Notes under the pieces: generated by a model
Database searches by the model: none
What the model was told of the DNA's origin: nothing
The model's input: only the letters and a program-made list of their open reading frames with translations
Assembly: GCA_041496705.1 (NCBI GenBank)
Contig: JBGQFD010000006.1
Coordinates: 244 to 64,243 of the forward strand
Direction of reading: 5' to 3'
From: Gammaproteobacteria bacterium
Lineage (GTDB): Bacteria; Pseudomonadota; Gammaproteobacteria; Burkholderiales; SG8-39
DNA length: 64,000 nt
Part shown: positions 21,817 through 31,083 of the stretch, piece after piece
Layout: each line of letters opens with the position of its first letter
How positions within the stretch are numbered: position 1 is the stretch's first letter
Position numbers and translations under genes: made by a program

Positions 21817-23742
21817 GTGGCCGAAATCCGCAACACCCAGCGCGAGCTGTACTACTTCCAGCTGCGGCTGGGCGTGGCCGGTGCCGTGGTAATGGCCGCG
21901 TTCGCGCTGTTGTTCGCCAGGTTCGTTTACCTGCAGGTTGTCCAGCACCAGTACTACGACACCAAGGCCGAGGACAACCGTATCTCGATCATGCCGATGC
22001 AACCGAACCGCGGCCTGATTCTCGATCGCAACGGCGTGGTGCTCGCGCGCAACTACTCCGCCTACACCTTGGAGCTTACCCTGAGCAAGATCGCGGACCT
22101 TGATGCCACCATAGATGCGCTTTCGGCGATCGTCGACATCCAGCCGAAGGACCGCCGGAAATTCCAGCGCCTGCGAGAGGAGAGCAAGGGTCTCGACAAT
22201 CTGCCCCTGCGGAGTCGGCTCACCGATGAAGAGGTTGCCAAGCTGGCGGTCAACCGTTACCGCTTTCCCGGCGTGGACATCAAGGGCCGGCTGTTTCGCC
22301 AATATCCCCTCGGCGAGAGCGCCTCGCACGTGGTCGGTTATATCAGCCGGATCGACGATCGCGACCTCGCACGCATCGAGGAGGCGGATCAATTCGCCAA
22401 CTACAGGGGCGCCGACCATATCGGCAAGACCGGCCTGGAGCAAAGTTATGAGCGCGAGCTCCATGGCACGACCGGTTTCAGACAGATGGAGACCGACGCC
22501 GGTGGACACATCGTGGATTCCGGTGGACGCAACGTGGGCCTGCTCAAGCCCACAGCACCCGCGGTGTCGGGAAACAACCTTAGCCTCACGCTGGATGTCG
22601 GCCTGCAGCAGGCCGCCGAGCACGCCTTCGGCGACAACCGCGGGGCGCTCGTCGCCATCGAGCCTTCCACCGGCGGAATCCTCGCGTTCGTGTCCAAGCC
22701 GGGCTACGATCCGAACCTGTTCATCGACGGCATCGATCCGGTGAACTGGGACGCGCTCAACAATTCTCCGGACCGGCCGCTCAACAACCGCGCGCTCACC
22801 GGGCTGTACCCGCCGGGCTCGACCTTCAAGCCGTACATGGCGCTTGCCGCGCTCGAGCTCGGTAAGCGCACGCCGACACAGACCATCTTCGATCCGGGCT
22901 ATTTCATGTTCGGGAGCAATCGCTTTCGCGACGACAAGGCGAACGGCCACGGCTACGTGGATATGCACAAATCGATCGTCGTCTCCTGCGACACCTACTA
23001 CTACATGCTCGCCAACGACCTGGGGATCGACAACATGGCGCGCTTCATCGGCCAGTTCGGCTTCGGTTCGCGCACTGGTATCGATGTCGAGGGCGAGTTC
23101 ATCGGCGTGCTGCCGTCGCCGGAGTGGAAGCAAAAGCGTTTCAAGAAACCGGAGCAACAGCGCTGGTACGCAGGCGAAACCATCAGCGTCGGCATCGGCC
23201 AGGGCTACAACTCGTACACGCCGCTGCAACTCGCGCAGGCCGTGGCGGCGCTGGCGAACGACGGCGTGATTTATCGGCCGCACCTCGTTGACTACATCGA
23301 GAATCCAAAGACGGGCGAGCGATCCTACGTGGAACCGCAAGCGACCAGGACGATCTCGCTGAAACCGAGGAATCTCGAGATCATCAAGCGCGCCATGGTC
23401 GACGTGAACCGCGAAGGCACGGGGGCGCGCGCTTTTGCCCGCGCCGGCTACGTGAGCGCAGGCAAGACCGGCACAGCGCAGGTGGTGGCGCTCAAGCAGA
23501 ACGAAAGGTACGACGAAAAGCGCGTCGCCGAGCACTTGCGCGACCACGCCTTGTTCATCGCTTTCGCGCCCGCGGACGAACCGAGGATCGCGCTTGCCGT
23601 GCTGGTGGAGAACGCAGGATTCGGTGCGCGCGCCGCGGCGCCGGTGGCGCGCCAGGTGCTGGACTACTACCTCCTCGGCAAGCGCGCGGCCAGGCCGGCC
23701 GACCCCGCGCCGCCGCTCAAGGACGACGACGGCGATGATTAG
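21817..23742 (+). CDS. mrdA: Penicillin-binding protein 2
   Basis: RGLILDRNG, YPPGSTFK (SxxK), SCD, GKTGT. Confidence 0.96.
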   Translation: MAEIRNTQRELYYFQLRLGVAGAVVMAAFALLFARFVYLQVVQHQYYDTKAEDNRISIMPMQPNRGLILDRNGVVLARNYSAYTLELTLSKIADLDATIDALSAIVDIQPKDRRKFQRLREESKGLDNLPLRSRLTDEEVAKLAVNRYRFPGVDIKGRLFRQYPLGESASHVVGYISRIDDRDLARIEEADQFANYRGADHIGKTGLEQSYERELHGTTGFRQMETDAGGHIVDSGGRNVGLLKPTAPAVSGNNLSLTLDVGLQQAAEHAFGDNRGALVAIEPSTGGILAFVSKPGYDPNLFIDGIDPVNWDALNNSPDRPLNNRALTGLYPPGSTFKPYMALAALELGKRTPTQTIFDPGYFMFGSNRFRDDKANGHGYVDMHKSIVVSCDTYYYMLANDLGIDNMARFIGQFGFGSRTGIDVEGEFIGVLPSPEWKQKRFKKPEQQRWYAGETISVGIGQGYNSYTPLQLAQAVAALANDGVIYRPHLVDYIENPKTGERSYVEPQATRTISLKPRNLEIIKRAMVDVNREGTGARAFARAGYVSAGKTGTAQVVALKQNERYDEKRVAEHLRDHALFIAFAPADEPRIALAVLVENAGFGARAAAPVARQVLDYYLLGKRAARPADPAPPLKDDDGDD

Positions 23743-24829
23743 GCAGCTCACCGAGCGGCTCACCGCCAAGATCGACGTGCCGCTGTTCGCCGTGGTCTGC
23801 AGCATCATGCTGCTTGGCCTCGCCACGCTCTACAGCGCCGCCTACCAGGCTCCCGGCCGGTTCGGGGCGCAGGCGCTCAACGTGCTGCTGGCGCTCGCCC
23901 TGATGTGGGCTGCGGCCCAAGTGCCCCCGCAGGCCTTCCTGCGCTACGCGATTCCGGTCTTCGCCGCGGTGCTGGTGATGCTCGTCTGCGTCGCCCTGTT
24001 CGGCGACGTGAGGAACGGCGCGCGCCGCTGGCTGCCGCTTGGGTTCACCAGCGTCCAGCCGTCCGAGCTCATGAAGATCGCCATGCCGCTGATGCTGGCC
24101 CGGTACTTCCATCGCCACGAGCAGACCTTGCGCGTGCGCGAGTTTGCGATCGCCTTCGTACTGCTCGCCGTGCCCACCTGGGCGATCGCGCGCCAGCCCG
24201 ATCTCGGTACCGCGCTGCTGGTGGCGAGCGCCGGGTTCTACGTCATCTTCCTCGCCGGCCTGTCCTGGAAGCTGATCGCCGGGGGCAGCGCGGTCATCCT
24301 CGCGAGCCTGCCGATCCTGTGGGGCGTGCTGCACGACTACCAGCGCCGGCGCTTCCTCACGCTCTTCGATCCCTCATCCGATCCGCTCGGCGCCGGCTAT
24401 CACATTATCCAGTCCACCATCGCGGTAGGCTCCGGCGGCATCATCGGCAAGGGCTGGCTGAAGGGCACCCAGACGCATCTGGAGTTTATCCCCGAGCGCG
24501 CCACCGACTTCATCTTCGCCGTGTACTCGGAGGAGTTCGGGCTGATCGGCAACAGCATCCTGCTCGTCCTTTACCTCGCCCTGATCATGCGCGGCCTCAT
24601 GATCGCCGCGAACGCTCCGACGTTCTTCACCCGGCTGCTCGCCGGCGCGATCACGCTGACGTTCTTCACCTACGCGCTGGTCAACATGGGCATGGTTTCC
24701 GGGTTGCTGCCCGTGGTCGGCGTGCCCCTGCCCTTCGTCAGCTACGGGGGGACTTCGCTGGTGACGCTGTTGCTGGGCGTCGGTATCCTGATGAGCATCC
24801 AGTATCATCGGGCGCTCGTGCAGACTTGA
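23735..24829 (+). CDS. rodA: Rod shape-determining protein RodA
   Basis: GARRW, QPSELMK, QPDLGT, PERATDFIF, LPFVSYGG. Confidence 0.96.
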   Translation: MIRQLTERLTAKIDVPLFAVVCSIMLLGLATLYSAAYQAPGRFGAQALNVLLALALMWAAAQVPPQAFLRYAIPVFAAVLVMLVCVALFGDVRNGARRWLPLGFTSVQPSELMKIAMPLMLARYFHRHEQTLRVREFAIAFVLLAVPTWAIARQPDLGTALLVASAGFYVIFLAGLSWKLIAGGSAVILASLPILWGVLHDYQRRRFLTLFDPSSDPLGAGYHIIQSTIAVGSGGIIGKGWLKGTQTHLEFIPERATDFIFAVYSEEFGLIGNSILLVLYLALIMRGLMIAANAPTFFTRLLAGAITLTFFTYALVNMGMVSGLLPVVGVPLPFVSYGGTSLVTLLLGVGILMSIQYHRALVQT

Positions 24830-25737
24830 GGACGGAACGATTTTCCATTCGCGCGGCACTCGCGATCGCGGTGCTGGCGACGGGCTTGAGCGGCTGCGGC
24901 AGCGCACCGACCCGCGGCGGCTACTACAAGGACGACGGCCCCGGGGGTCGCGCGCCGTCGAACCTGGACAAGGTGCCCGATGCAAAGCCGCGCGTCGAGC
25001 CGCTGCACCCCGCGGCGAACAACGCCTACACCGCGCTGGGCAAGCGCTACATTCCCTACAAGGCGCTCAAGCCCTACCGCGAGCGCGGCATCGCCAGCTG
25101 GTACGGGCGCCGCTTCCACGGCCAGCCGACTTCTAGCGGGGAGCGCTACGACATGTACGCAATGAGCGCCGCGCACACGATTCTCCCGATCCCGAGCTAC
25201 GCTCGCGTCACCAACCTCGCCAACGGCCGCAGCGTGATCGTCCGCGTCAACGATCGCGGGCCGTTTCATTCCGGCCGCATCATCGATCTCTCCTACGCGG
25301 CCGCGCACCGGCTGGGCTACGTCGGCAGCGGCAGCGCTAGGGTCGAAGTCGAAGCCATCCTGCCCGGCAAGGCAGCCGTCCCGACCCGGAGCGCGTCAGC
25401 GGCGCCTGCGACAGCGACGACACTGGTCGAAGCGGGCGCAGCGCCGGCGCTCGCCGCGCCGCAAGCGCAGAGCCTCGACGCCGGCATCCCGCTCGCCCTC
25501 GACCCGCGCGGTGTGTTCCTGCAACTGGGTGCGTTTTCCAGGCGCGACAACGCCGAGGAGATGCGCGCGAAGATCTACCGGCGCCTCGACTGGCTGAACG
25601 ACCCCGTCGAGATCCGGTCCCGGGGCGGCCTGTACAAGCTGTACGCGGGCCCGTACCGCGATCGCGCCGCAGCCCAGGCGGTCGCTGCGCGGATAGACGC
25701 ATCGATGCAGCTCACCCCAGTCATGGTCGTGCGCTGA
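24826..25737 (+). CDS. rlpA: Septal ring lytic transglycosylase RlpA (DPBB + SPOR lipoprotein)
   Basis: Lipobox LSGC, GIASWYG, VNDRGPF, IIDLS, LQLGAFS; start uncertain (TTG overlapping rodA stop). Confidence 0.9.
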   Translation: MRTERFSIRAALAIAVLATGLSGCGSAPTRGGYYKDDGPGGRAPSNLDKVPDAKPRVEPLHPAANNAYTALGKRYIPYKALKPYRERGIASWYGRRFHGQPTSSGERYDMYAMSAAHTILPIPSYARVTNLANGRSVIVRVNDRGPFHSGRIIDLSYAAAHRLGYVGSGSARVEVEAILPGKAAVPTRSASAAPATATTLVEAGAAPALAAPQAQSLDAGIPLALDPRGVFLQLGAFSRRDNAEEMRAKIYRRLDWLNDPVEIRSRGGLYKLYAGPYRDRAAAQAVAARIDASMQLTPVMVVR

Positions 25738-25802
25738 TGCGCCGGAACCCGGCGCTCGCTTCTGCCAGGTGCGGATTTCGCCACCGGTATAATCGGGCGG
25801 AC

Positions 25803-26921
25803 ATGCTGCGCCTTTGCCTGGGTTCTCTCGCTCTCCTGCTCGGCACCGCCGTGCTCGCGGAGCCGCCGCCAGCGGTGGCCGCACGCGCCTGGCTGCTCCT
25901 CGACGCCACCAGCAACCAGCCCATTGCCGGCCACAACTCCACGGAGCGCATCGAACCTGCCTCGCTCACCAAGCTCATGACCGCGTACCTGGTGTTCGCC
26001 GCGCTCCGGGAGAAGTCGCTCGTCTCGGGAATGCCCGTGCGCGTGTCGGAGCGTGCCTGGCGTGCCCCGGGCTCGCGCATGTTCATCGCCCCCGGGAGCA
26101 TGGTGACGGTGGCCGACCTGCTGCGCGGGATGATCGTCCAGTCCGGCAACGACGCCTGCATGGCACTTGCAGAGGCCGTCGCGGGCTCCGAAGAGGCGTT
26201 CGTACAACGCATGAACCGCGAGGCGCTGCGTTTGGGCATGCACGAGACGCGTTTCGCCAATTCGAGCGGCCTGTCCGATCCGGAGCACTACTCCACCGCC
26301 AGCGACTTGGCGCTGCTCACCACGTCCCTGATCCGCGATTTCCCCGAGCACTACAGGCTCTACGCGGAGCGCGAGTACCGCTACAACAACATCACCCAGC
26401 AGAACCGCAACCGTCTCCTTTGGCTCGATCCCAACGTGGATGGGGTCAAGACCGGCTACACAGAGAGCGCCGGATACTGCCTGATCGCGTCGTCGCGGCG
26501 CGCAGAGCGCAGGCTGGTGTCGGTGGTGATCGGCGCGCCCTCGGACCGGCTACGCGCCCAGGACAGCCAGAAGCTGCTCAACTTCGGGTTCCAGTCCTAC
26601 GACGGCGTGCGCCTGTACGGCAAGGGCGACGAGGTGAGCAGGCTCAAGGTGTGGAAAGGCAGCAAGCGCGAGTTCAAGGCCGGCGTAATGAACGACCTGT
26701 TCGTAACGGTGCCGAAGGGGACCGCCCAGGGTTTGCGCGCGGATCTCATCAGCCAGCAGCCGCTGGTGGCGCCGGTCGCGGCCGGGCAGCGCGTTGCGAC
26801 GCTGCGCGTGTCGCACGAGGGCCGGCCCGTCGGCGAGTACCCGGTGGTGGCGCTGGAGAACGTCGATGTCGCCGGTATTTTCCGGCGCGCCTGGGACGGC
26901 ATCGCGCTGTGGTTCCGATAA
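25803..26921 (+). CDS. D-alanyl-D-alanine carboxypeptidase (PBP5/6 family)
   Basis: PASLTK, SGN, KTG motifs; TATAAT at 25788-25793. Confidence 0.93.
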   Translation: MLRLCLGSLALLLGTAVLAEPPPAVAARAWLLLDATSNQPIAGHNSTERIEPASLTKLMTAYLVFAALREKSLVSGMPVRVSERAWRAPGSRMFIAPGSMVTVADLLRGMIVQSGNDACMALAEAVAGSEEAFVQRMNREALRLGMHETRFANSSGLSDPEHYSTASDLALLTTSLIRDFPEHYRLYAEREYRYNNITQQNRNRLLWLDPNVDGVKTGYTESAGYCLIASSRRAERRLVSVVIGAPSDRLRAQDSQKLLNFGFQSYDGVRLYGKGDEVSRLKVWKGSKREFKAGVMNDLFVTVPKGTAQGLRADLISQQPLVAPVAAGQRVATLRVSHEGRPVGEYPVVALENVDVAGIFRRAWDGIALWFR

Positions 26922-26931
26922 AGGAAACAGA

Positions 26932-27789
26932 ATGATCTATCTCAACGGCGATTTAATGCCGATCGAGGACGCCAGGATCCCGGTGCTCGACCGCGGCTTC
27001 ATTTTCGGCGACGGCGTGTATGAAGTGATCCCGGTTTACTCGCGACGGCCGTTCCGGCTCGCCGAGCATCTGGCGCGATTGCAGGCCAGCCTCGACGCGA
27101 TCCGCATCGACAATCCGCATTCGGCCGCGACCTGGAGCGAGATGATCGGTAAGGTCATTGCCGGCAATCCCTGGGACGACCAGGGCGTCTACGTGCAGGT
27201 TACGCGCGGCGTGGCGAAGCGTGACCACACTTTCGTCAAGGGCGTGAAGCCTACCGTGTTAGTGATGTCGAACCCGCTGGTGACACCGACACCTGAGCAG
27301 ATCCGCGACGGCGTGCCGGCGATCGTGCACGAGGATTTCCGCTGGCTGCGCTGCGATATCAAGTCGGTTTCGCTGCTGGGCAACTGCATGCTGCGCACCG
27401 CGGCGGCCGACGCCGGCTGCGCCGAGGCCATCCTGGTTCGCGACGGCCTGCTCACCGAAGCCTCGGCAAGCAACGTCTTCGTCGTCAAGGATGGAACTGT
27501 TCTCGCGCCGCCCAAGTCTCATCTCATATTGCCCGGGATCACCTACGACGTGGTGCTCGAGATTCTGCACGATCACAAGTTGCCGCATGCGGTGCGCCCG
27601 GTGACCGAAGGCGAGCTGCGCTCGGCCGGCGAAGTGTGGATCACGTCGTCCTCGAGGGAAGTGCTCGCGATCACGACGCTCGACGGCAAGCCGGTGAATA
27701 CGGGCAAACCCGGGCCAGTGTTCGCTCGCGTGCATGCCCTCTACCAGCAGTTCAAGGCCACCGTGATGCGCGCTCCCGCCCATGTCTGA
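26932..27789 (+). CDS. dat: D-amino acid aminotransferase (class IV)
   Basis: DRGFIFGDGVYE, RGVAKRDH, DIKS, EASASN, LPGIT. Confidence 0.88.
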   Translation: MIYLNGDLMPIEDARIPVLDRGFIFGDGVYEVIPVYSRRPFRLAEHLARLQASLDAIRIDNPHSAATWSEMIGKVIAGNPWDDQGVYVQVTRGVAKRDHTFVKGVKPTVLVMSNPLVTPTPEQIRDGVPAIVHEDFRWLRCDIKSVSLLGNCMLRTAAADAGCAEAILVRDGLLTEASASNVFVVKDGTVLAPPKSHLILPGITYDVVLEILHDHKLPHAVRPVTEGELRSAGEVWITSSSREVLAITTLDGKPVNTGKPGPVFARVHALYQQFKATVMRAPAHV

Positions 27790-28051
27790 ACACGACGCAC
27801 CCGTACTCGCGTTCCCGTGCGCCTTCCCGATCAAGATCATGGGAAAAACGCAGTCTGGTTTCGCGCAGGCGATCACGGGAGTGGTACAGCGGCACGCACC
27901 GGATTTCGACCCGGCATTGCTGGAGATGCGCTCCAGCCGCGAAGGCAAGTATATGTCGCTCACCTGCACCATCCGCGCGGTGTCGCGCGAGCAGCTCGAC
28001 GACTTGTACCGGGAGCTGTGCGATCACCCGATGGTGACCATGGTGCTCTGA
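27782..28051 (+). CDS. ybeD: DUF493/YbeD family protein
   Basis: FPCAFPIKIMG, SSREGKY, HPMVTMVL; upstream of lipB. Confidence 0.9.
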   Translation: MSEHDAPVLAFPCAFPIKIMGKTQSGFAQAITGVVQRHAPDFDPALLEMRSSREGKYMSLTCTIRAVSREQLDDLYRELCDHPMVTMVL

Positions 28052-28746
28052 TGCTGAACTCCGGAAAATCCTCTCCGTCGGCGAGCGAATCCGCGCGCGG
28101 CGCCCCGCGCCCGGCACCCGGCACGATCGAGTCGAGGTACCTCGGCCTGGCCGGATACCTTCCGACCTACGACGCCATGCGCCGGTTCACCGAGGAGCGC
28201 AGCGACTCGACATCCGACGAGATCTGGATTCTCGAGCATCCGCCGGTGTACACCGCGGGCATGGCCGCTCGAGCCGAACATTTCCCGCGCCGGCCAGGGA
28301 TTCCACTCGAACGCATAGACCGCGGCGGGCAGATCACCTACCACGGCCCGGGACAGGCCGTCGTCTACACGCTGGTCGACCTCGAGCGGCGTGGCCTGGG
28401 CGTTCGCGCCATGGTGCGCTTGATCGAGCAAGCGGTGATTGAGGTGCTCCACGCATGCGGCGTGCGCGCCGAGTTGAGGAGCAGCGCGCCGGGCGTGTAC
28501 GTGGCCGGAGCGAAGATCGCTGCGCTCGGCCTGCGCGTGCGCCGCGGCTGCTGCTATCACGGGGTGGCGCTTAACGTCGACATGGACCTCGCGCCGTTTT
28601 CGGACATCGACCCGTGCGGCTATCCCGGGCTCGCCGTGACCCAGACTTCGGCGCTCGGAGCGAAGGCCGGTGTCAAAGAACTGGGCGAAGCGCTGGCGCG
28701 AGGTATTGCGGACCTGCTGGAGGACGCGCATGACGCCCGCCGCTGA
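28051..28746 (+). CDS. lipB: Octanoyltransferase LipB
   Basis: [34 protein letters not shown]. Confidence 0.95.
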   Translation: MLNSGKSSPSASESARGAPRPAPGTIESRYLGLAGYLPTYDAMRRFTEERSDSTSDEIWILEHPPVYTAGMAARAEHFPRRPGIPLERIDRGGQITYHGPGQAVVYTLVDLERRGLGVRAMVRLIEQAVIEVLHACGVRAELRSSAPGVYVAGAKIAALGLRVRRGCCYHGVALNVDMDLAPFSDIDPCGYPGLAVTQTSALGAKAGVKELGEALARGIADLLEDAHDARR

Positions 28747-29668
28747 GAAGCAGAAGGGTCTGGCGAAGACGCGCATTCCGATCGCGGTTGCCCCGGCGGA
28801 AACGCTCGCCAAGCCCGACTGGATCCGCGTGCGCGCGGCTTCTCCCGGCTCGCGGTTTCACGACATCAAGAAGATCTTGCGCGACAACAATCTGCATACC
28901 GTGTGCGAGGAGGCCTCCTGCCCCAATATCGGCGAGTGCTTCGGCAAGGGCACGGCGACCTTCATGATCCTCGGAGATCTCTGCACGCGGCGCTGCCCGT
29001 TCTGCGACGTCGCGCACGGCCGGCCGAAGCCCCCCGACGCCGAGGAGCCCGCGCACCTCGCGCAGACCATCGCGACGCTGAAACTATCCTATGTCGTCAT
29101 CACCAGCGTCGACCGCGACGACTTGAAGGACGGGGGCGCGCAGCATTTCGTCGACTGCATCCGTGCGGTGCGGGCCAGCTCGCCTGCGACGCGCATCGAG
29201 GTGCTGGTGCCGGATTTCCGCGGGCGGCTGGAGCGCGCCCTCGAAGTGCTCGACGCCGCGCTCCCCGACGTGATGAACCACAACCTGGAGACCGTGCCGC
29301 GGCTGTACCGGCAGGCGCGGCCGGGCGGCAACTACCCGCACTCGCTTGCGCTGCTGCAGCAGTTCAAGGCGCGCCACGCGCAGGTGCCGACGAAATCGGG
29401 CCTGATGGTGGGGCTGGGCGAAACTGACGATGAGATCGTTCAAGTCATGCGCGACCTGCGCGCGCACGACGTCGACATGCTGACGATCGGACAATACCTG
29501 CAGCCCTCGGCGCACCACCTGCCGGTGCTGCGCTATGTCGAGCCGGCGACCTTCGTACGCTTCGAGCGCGAAGCCCAGTCCCTGGGGTTTACCCACGCCG
29601 CGGTCGGACCGATGGTGCGTTCCTCCTACCACGCCGACCGGCAGGCGCACGCCGCCGGGGTGGCATGA
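28730..29668 (+). CDS. lipA: Lipoyl synthase
   Basis: [25 protein letters not shown]. Confidence 0.97.
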   Translation: MTPAAEKQKGLAKTRIPIAVAPAETLAKPDWIRVRAASPGSRFHDIKKILRDNNLHTVCEEASCPNIGECFGKGTATFMILGDLCTRRCPFCDVAHGRPKPPDAEEPAHLAQTIATLKLSYVVITSVDRDDLKDGGAQHFVDCIRAVRASSPATRIEVLVPDFRGRLERALEVLDAALPDVMNHNLETVPRLYRQARPGGNYPHSLALLQQFKARHAQVPTKSGLMVGLGETDDEIVQVMRDLRAHDVDMLTIGQYLQPSAHHLPVLRYVEPATFVRFEREAQSLGFTHAAVGPMVRSSYHADRQAHAAGVA

Positions 29669-30354
29669 AAGCGATGCGCCGTGTTGCTCTCGTCGTCCTT
29701 ATCGCGGCGCCGGCGGCCACGGCGGCGGCCGGCCTTGCCGACCTCTCCAGCCTCGACGCCATCGCGGGTCTGAAGGAGGCGCTGGCGAAAGGCTCGCACG
29801 CCGCGGTGGAGCGCCTCGGCGTCGAGAACGGATTCTTCGGCAACGAGCGCGTGAAGATCCCGCTGCCGGATTCCTTCAAGCGCGCCGAGCGGCTGATGCG
29901 CTCGGTCGGCCTGGGAAAACACGCCGATGAGCTCGTGCTGCGCATGAACCGTGCCGCCGAGGCCGCTGTACCCGAAGCCAAGGCGCTGCTCGTCAATGCA
30001 GTGAAAACCATGAGCGTGCAGGACGCCAAGGGTATCCTCACGGGCGGTGATGATGCCGCGACCCAGTATTTCAAGCGCACTACCTCGGATCCCCTCGTGC
30101 AAAAATTCCTCCCCATCGTGAAGAAGTCGATGGAAAAGGTAAGGGTCGCCGAGCAGTACGACGAGTTCGCGCGGCGCGGCAGCCGCTTCGGGCTGGTGAG
30201 GGAGCAGGACGCGAATCTGGAGACTTACGTCACCCGAAAGGCGCTCGACGGGCTGTTCCTCGTCATCGCGGAGGAAGAAAAGAAGATCCGCAAGGACCCG
30301 CTTGGCAGCGCCTCGGCGATCATCAGCAAGGTGTTCGGGGCGCTCCGCAAGTAG
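29665..30354 (+). CDS. DUF4197 exported protein
   Basis: GLKEAL, KIPLP, MNRAAE, ALDGLF...EEKKIR. Confidence 0.85.
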   Translation: MKAMRRVALVVLIAAPAATAAAGLADLSSLDAIAGLKEALAKGSHAAVERLGVENGFFGNERVKIPLPDSFKRAERLMRSVGLGKHADELVLRMNRAAEAAVPEAKALLVNAVKTMSVQDAKGILTGGDDAATQYFKRTTSDPLVQKFLPIVKKSMEKVRVAEQYDEFARRGSRFGLVREQDANLETYVTRKALDGLFLVIAEEEKKIRKDPLGSASAIISKVFGALRK

Positions 30355-30357
30355 CTG

Positions 30358-31017
30358 CTAGAAGTACACCCGGCTGCGGCCGGGCTCGCGCGAGATCTCG
30401 TACAAGGCCGAGCGCGCCACGTTGGCTACTTTGCGCACGCCCGAGCGCGACAGCAGCGTCTCGCTGGCGTAGTCGCCGTCCTCGTCGCAGACCAGGCGCA
30501 GCTCCACGATCGAAAGCCGGGCTGCGAACGCGCGGCGCAGGATGCGATCGTTGAAAATCGCCAGGGCCGTTGCTGCCACGCGCTGCCGGGAGGGTTCCTC
30601 GTAACGCGCCGGAACCAGCGTGCATACGATCGTCGGCAGGCCGGCCTCGGTGGCCGCGGCGATCAGACGGACAAAGACGTTCTCGAACTCGTCGGCCGCC
30701 GAGGCCAGTACGTCCAGAGCGCCGCGGATCGACTGCGTGCCATCCATCATCAGCAGACCGCTCGTCTCGATGGCCCAGCCCCCGTCTATGCACACCCCGA
30801 TATGACTCGCGTCCGCCGGAATCGCACGGATTTTCCCTTGCTGCAGCACTTGCGGAGGCTCGAGCACCGTCAGCTTCCACGGATTGCGCGGACGCGGTAC
30901 GAGTGCGCTCTCGCGGTCGCCTTCGCCGAGGTCGATGTTCTGCAGAGCGTCACCGAGCAGCACCAGGTGCCGGATGACGTCGGGGGAAGTCTCTGTCTGG
31001 CCGGGAACCTTCGACAT
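30358..31017 (-). CDS. SGNH/GDSL-hydrolase-like protein, catalytic motifs degenerate
   Basis: HLVLLGDA, LPTIVCT, ALAIFND, ELRLVCDEDGDY resemble a recalled bacterial SGNH family. Confidence 0.65.
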   Translation of the reverse strand: MSKVPGQTETSPDVIRHLVLLGDALQNIDLGEGDRESALVPRPRNPWKLTVLEPPQVLQQGKIRAIPADASHIGVCIDGGWAIETSGLLMMDGTQSIRGALDVLASAADEFENVFVRLIAAATEAGLPTIVCTLVPARYEEPSRQRVAATALAIFNDRILRRAFAARLSIVELRLVCDEDGDYASETLLSRSGVRKVANVARSALYEISREPGRSRVYF

Positions 31018-31083
31018 GGAATCCTCCTTTGCAAGTGCGGTCTACATTTTCCTTTTGGCGGAGTCAACGCGCTGCGGGTGCCG

